DNA of 64,000 nt, from the NCBI GenBank assembly GCA_043797085.1, contig JAZDQA010000001.1, forward strand, positions 96,001 to 160,000. The letters run 5' to 3'. Under the pieces are notes generated by a model. That model searched no databases and was not told the origin of the DNA. It saw only the letters and a list, made by a program, of their open reading frames with translations. The DNA comes from Pseudomonadota bacterium (lineage in GTDB: Bacteria > Campylobacterota > Campylobacteria > Campylobacterales > Sulfurimonadaceae). Of the stretch, positions 61,510-64,000 are shown piece by piece. Position 1 is the stretch's first letter, and each line of letters starts with the position of its first letter. The translations under genes were made by a program, and so were the position numbers.

Positions 61510-62382
61510 CTAGTACGGATTTATGTCCAATTTAAAATCAAATTTTCCGTCATTGATAAATTTAGCGTAGACCTGATGAACCATTTGTGAATCACGATGT
61601 CCGAGTATTTGAGCGAGATTGTGCGGAGTAGTGTAACCACCTGAGAGCATCATAGTAGCGAAGGTGTGTCGAGTGTTGTATAACCGTCGATATTTTATTC
61701 CAAGCTCATCAAAAATCGGCAGCCAAAACTTGTTTGAGAAAGTTTCGTTATGCTGATAGGGCTTTCCAAATTGGGTTACAAAAAGATATTCGTGATCATG
61801 ATGATCAAAGAGCTGCTGCAAGTGAGGGCGCAATAAATCTAAAATAGGGACAGAACGAAAACCGCTTTGAGTTTTGGGTGAGTTCTCCCCATGCCGTCCC
61901 CGTGTACGCTTGATCTTCATAAAACCTTTTTGAAAATCTATATCCTCTTTTTTAAGTCCCATTATCTCACCCGAACGCATACCAGTGTAAAAAGCAATGT
62001 ATAGATAATGTTTGAAATTGAAATTATGAACATGATCGATGATTTGATGCATCTCTTTAACTGAAAAAGGCAAGATCTCTTTTTTCATTATTCGAGGTTT
62101 ACGCAAGAATCGGCAGGGGTTGGAAGTTATAACTTCATCATAAATAGCTTCATCAAATATTCCCGTGAGCATGGAGATATAATGCGTTAATGTTTTGTTT
62201 GAACATTGATAATTCAGCAACCAAAGACGGAGTTCACTTGCTTTAATTTCTGAAATATTACGATCTAAAAAAGATGGCATGATTTTATTGCGGATAGTGC
62301 CGTCATAGCGGTAATAGGTAGAGGGTTTTAATTCTACCTTTTTGATTTTTAGGTATGTTTCGGCGTAGTAGTTAAAAGTCAT
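61510..62382 (-). CDS. Tyrosine (phage-type) integrase
   Basis: SAM-like N-terminus (LKPSTYYRY); YTGMRSGE, PKT, YNTRHTFAT, LGH...VY. Confidence 0.93.
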   Translation of the reverse strand: MTFNYYAETYLKIKKVELKPSTYYRYDGTIRNKIMPSFLDRNISEIKASELRLWLLNYQCSNKTLTHYISMLTGIFDEAIYDEVITSNPCRFLRKPRIMKKEILPFSVKEMHQIIDHVHNFNFKHYLYIAFYTGMRSGEIMGLKKEDIDFQKGFMKIKRTRGRHGENSPKTQSGFRSVPILDLLRPHLQQLFDHHDHEYLFVTQFGKPYQHNETFSNKFWLPIFDELGIKYRRLYNTRHTFATMMLSGGYTTPHNLAQILGHRDSQMVHQVYAKFINDGKFDFKLDINPY

Positions 62383-62667
62383 TTAAAATCTTGAAAATGA
62401 AAAAGTAGGTTTAAAATAAGAAATAGACTCTAAGGTATCAAGAGACAAAGAAAGCGAATTATAACAACCAACACTAATACCATTAGTTTTACGCCACTTA
62501 CGATCAAATATATCAACATAATGATACTTAAGTTCACGAACCAAAATAAAATCTTGTAAAACCTCTTCACCATTAATATAACGAATTGGACGAACACGAA
62601 AAGAAGCTAACTTATTATTTTGAGACCATAAAACACTGTCAGGATAATCAGCAAGATTAATTAACAT
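62383..62667 (-). CDS. Hypothetical protein (element cargo)
   Basis: 94 aa; AAGGA RBS; stop directly abuts the integrase ATG. Confidence 0.6.
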   Translation of the reverse strand: MLINLADYPDSVLWSQNNKLASFRVRPIRYINGEEVLQDFILVRELKYHYVDIFDRKWRKTNGISVGCYNSLSLSLDTLESISYFKPTFSFSRF

Positions 62668-62792
62668 TTAAAATCCTTTTTTATTTGAGAAAGCGTTAAT
62701 TGCTTACAAAAATGATATTTAGCCGTTTTTTTATCATAAAAACCACCACCACAAAAACCACCGCATGAACTACATTGCCGTATCATTGTCAT
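62661..62792 (-). CDS. Small Cys-rich protein, putative zinc-binding (43 aa, not in the ORF track)
   Basis: MTMIRQCSSCGGFCGGGFYDKKTAKYHFCKQLTLSQIKKDFKC; GGGGG RBS; overlaps both neighbouring ORFs. Confidence 0.6.
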   Translation of the reverse strand: MTMIRQCSSCGGFCGGGFYDKKTAKYHFCKQLTLSQIKKDFKC

Positions 62793-63012
62793 ACCCCCAC
62801 AATTCAGATTCAAAAGAACGTTCTAAACATCGAAGCGAAGTAAGTTCATATTCTTCAAAATGCGTCATAGTAACAAGACGATAAAGTTCATCAATACGAA
62901 AATCAATAAAAGAAAAATCCGTATTATCATGCATTGAAGAAACATAACTATCAGAATCAATGCCACTTTCAATCATAAGTGAATCTCTATCGTTAAATGT
63001 GCTCATTGTCAT
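62770..63012 (-). CDS. Small acidic hypothetical protein (element cargo)
   Basis: 80 aa; start inside the 33-bp repeat with GGGG RBS; overlaps the Rep stop. Confidence 0.6.
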   Translation of the reverse strand: MTMSTFNDRDSLMIESGIDSDSYVSSMHDNTDFSFIDFRIDELYRLVTMTHFEEYELTSLRCLERSFESELWGYDNDTAM

Positions 63013-63035
63013 ATCCCCACAAATCAGATTCTAAA
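62783..63035. repeat. 33-bp direct repeat pair (62783-62815 and 63003-63035)
   Basis: TCATTGTCATAyCCCCACAAwTCAGATTCwAAA, 30/33 identical, 220 bp apart. Confidence 0.9.
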
Positions 63036-64000
63036 CCAGCTTTTAACGTAATAGGATCAGCACGAAGCAAACCACGATCAACCATTTCGTTATGAGTATG
63101 AGCGTAATGATGAGCGTTAACGGTTTCTATGTCCATTTCTTCATGGTAATAGTTCCAAAGCTGTAAATCACTCATGCGGACGGGTTGAGGGGTGAAATTG
63201 AATAGCTCACCATCACGGTAAAGGAAATGTTCACCGTCGATGAAAGCATCAATTGTTTTATTGGGAGTGTGAGGATCTTTCCAAATAGATGGAGTTTGTG
63301 GAAGAGTACGAGAGGTATTATCTCTTTTGTCTTTGAGTTCACCAGTTTGACGGATGATAATATTGGTGTTAATGTAGCTCAATGTCAAAACGCCCTGATC
63401 ATACTGGAGACATCTGCCCGATTGCTCAATAAACATGAAGTGATCATCTTCTTTGTTCCATTCACAAAGAAGCGGTTGAGAGCGTTTAAGAGCGGTGATG
63501 TGCAACCATGATTTTTCAATGGTGAATACTTTTTGATAAACCCATTGCGGAACGGTTGAATGAGAAGTGGTAATACGACGGATCTTATGCTTTACGTACC
63601 ACGCTTGCAGATAATCAAGCTCATCATTGTTTTTGATGTCCATGAATGACTTGGTGACGTATTTCATGATGTAGCCGACGGGGTTATAGATTGCAGTTTG
63701 AAAGCCCTTTGTATCATCGGGGTTACTGTCAACGTCCGTTGATTTAACATGATTTTGAGGAGCGGGGAAGTATCGCTCGAAGTCTTTTTTAAAGGTGGGA
63801 AAATACTCTTCAGGAATCCACAAAAGAACGTGAAAATGGGGAACACCGTCTTTGTGAGGTTCAGAAGCTTTGAGGTAAACGAAATCTTTGCCCTCTTTTT
63901 TGAGCTTTTTGAAAGCGTATCCGGCAGAGAAGCGATACCATTGATAAGAGAGCGTGTTATAGCAATCTTTGACGGTGAATTTCTTGCCCTCTTTTATCTT
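62993..64000 (-). CDS. HUH rolling-circle replication endonuclease (gpA-like), 5' truncated
   Basis: Frame open to the window end; motif 2 EPHKDGVPHFH and motif 3 YIMKYVTK with two tyrosines; the ORF-track start at 63823 lies downstream of the HUH motif. Confidence 0.88.
   Translation of the reverse strand, partial: KIKEGKKFTVKDCYNTLSYQWYRFSAGYAFKKLKKEGKDFVYLKASEPHKDGVPHFHVLLWIPEEYFPTFKKDFERYFPAPQNHVKSTDVDSNPDDTKGFQTAIYNPVGYIMKYVTKSFMDIKNNDELDYLQAWYVKHKIRRITTSHSTVPQWVYQKVFTIEKSWLHITALKRSQPLLCEWNKEDDHFMFIEQSGRCLQYDQGVLTLSYINTNIIIRQTGELKDKRDNTSRTLPQTPSIWKDPHTPNKTIDAFIDGEHFLYRDGELFNFTPQPVRMSDLQLWNYYHEEMDIETVNAHHYAHTHNEMVDRGLLRADPITLKAGLESDLWGYDNEHI

Larger units (their letters stand above)
61435..64000 (-). 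mobile_element. Integrated rolling-circle element (inovirus-like prophage or integrative plasmid) at tRNA-Leu; extends beyond the window
   Basis: Integrase abuts the tRNA 3' end and points towards it; co-oriented HUH Rep; small AT-rich ORFs between them. Confidence 0.8.

Noticed and set aside
62761..63040. Mini CRISPR array from the 33-bp repeats
   Set aside because: Only two copies with a ~187-bp coding spacer; no cas genes in the window

Overview
This is a chromosomal window from a Campylobacterota bacterium. Gene content and style suggest Sulfurimonadaceae, Sulfuricurvum-like; that is an inference. Most of it is housekeeping: tpiA, fabI, porin, nusA, miaB, proC, fliW, bamD, lon, tilS, rimO, msrPQ, kdsA, ribH, nusB, mqnC, recG, hpf, uvrC, nadB, proB, guaA, hemD, 6S RNA, purD, lptD, pnp, atpE and tRNA-Leu(GAG). 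The accessory-looking modules are: (1) a PilMNO-like trio; (2) a 1867-aa Ig-rich MshQ/PilY1-like adhesin followed by three minor-pilin-like genes; (3) a four-gene phosphorelay operon (PAS, double Hpt, NIT hybrid kinase, receiver); (4) two nhaD paralogs; (5) at the right end, an element integrated at tRNA-Leu with a tyrosine integrase and an HUH rolling-circle Rep, truncated by the window edge. Reading the DNA directly shows several things the ORF track misses. There are at least four families of structured intergenic repeats, two of them with stems conserved in shape but not sequence. One palindrome sits in-frame inside the adhesin's signal-peptide coding region. A 36-aa LptM/YifL-like lipoprotein precedes nadB, and a 43-aa Cys-rich ORF lies in the integrated element. 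A 33-bp direct repeat in that element acts as a reusable RBS+ATG junction between its cargo genes. All calls come from motif recognition by eye; no searches were run.
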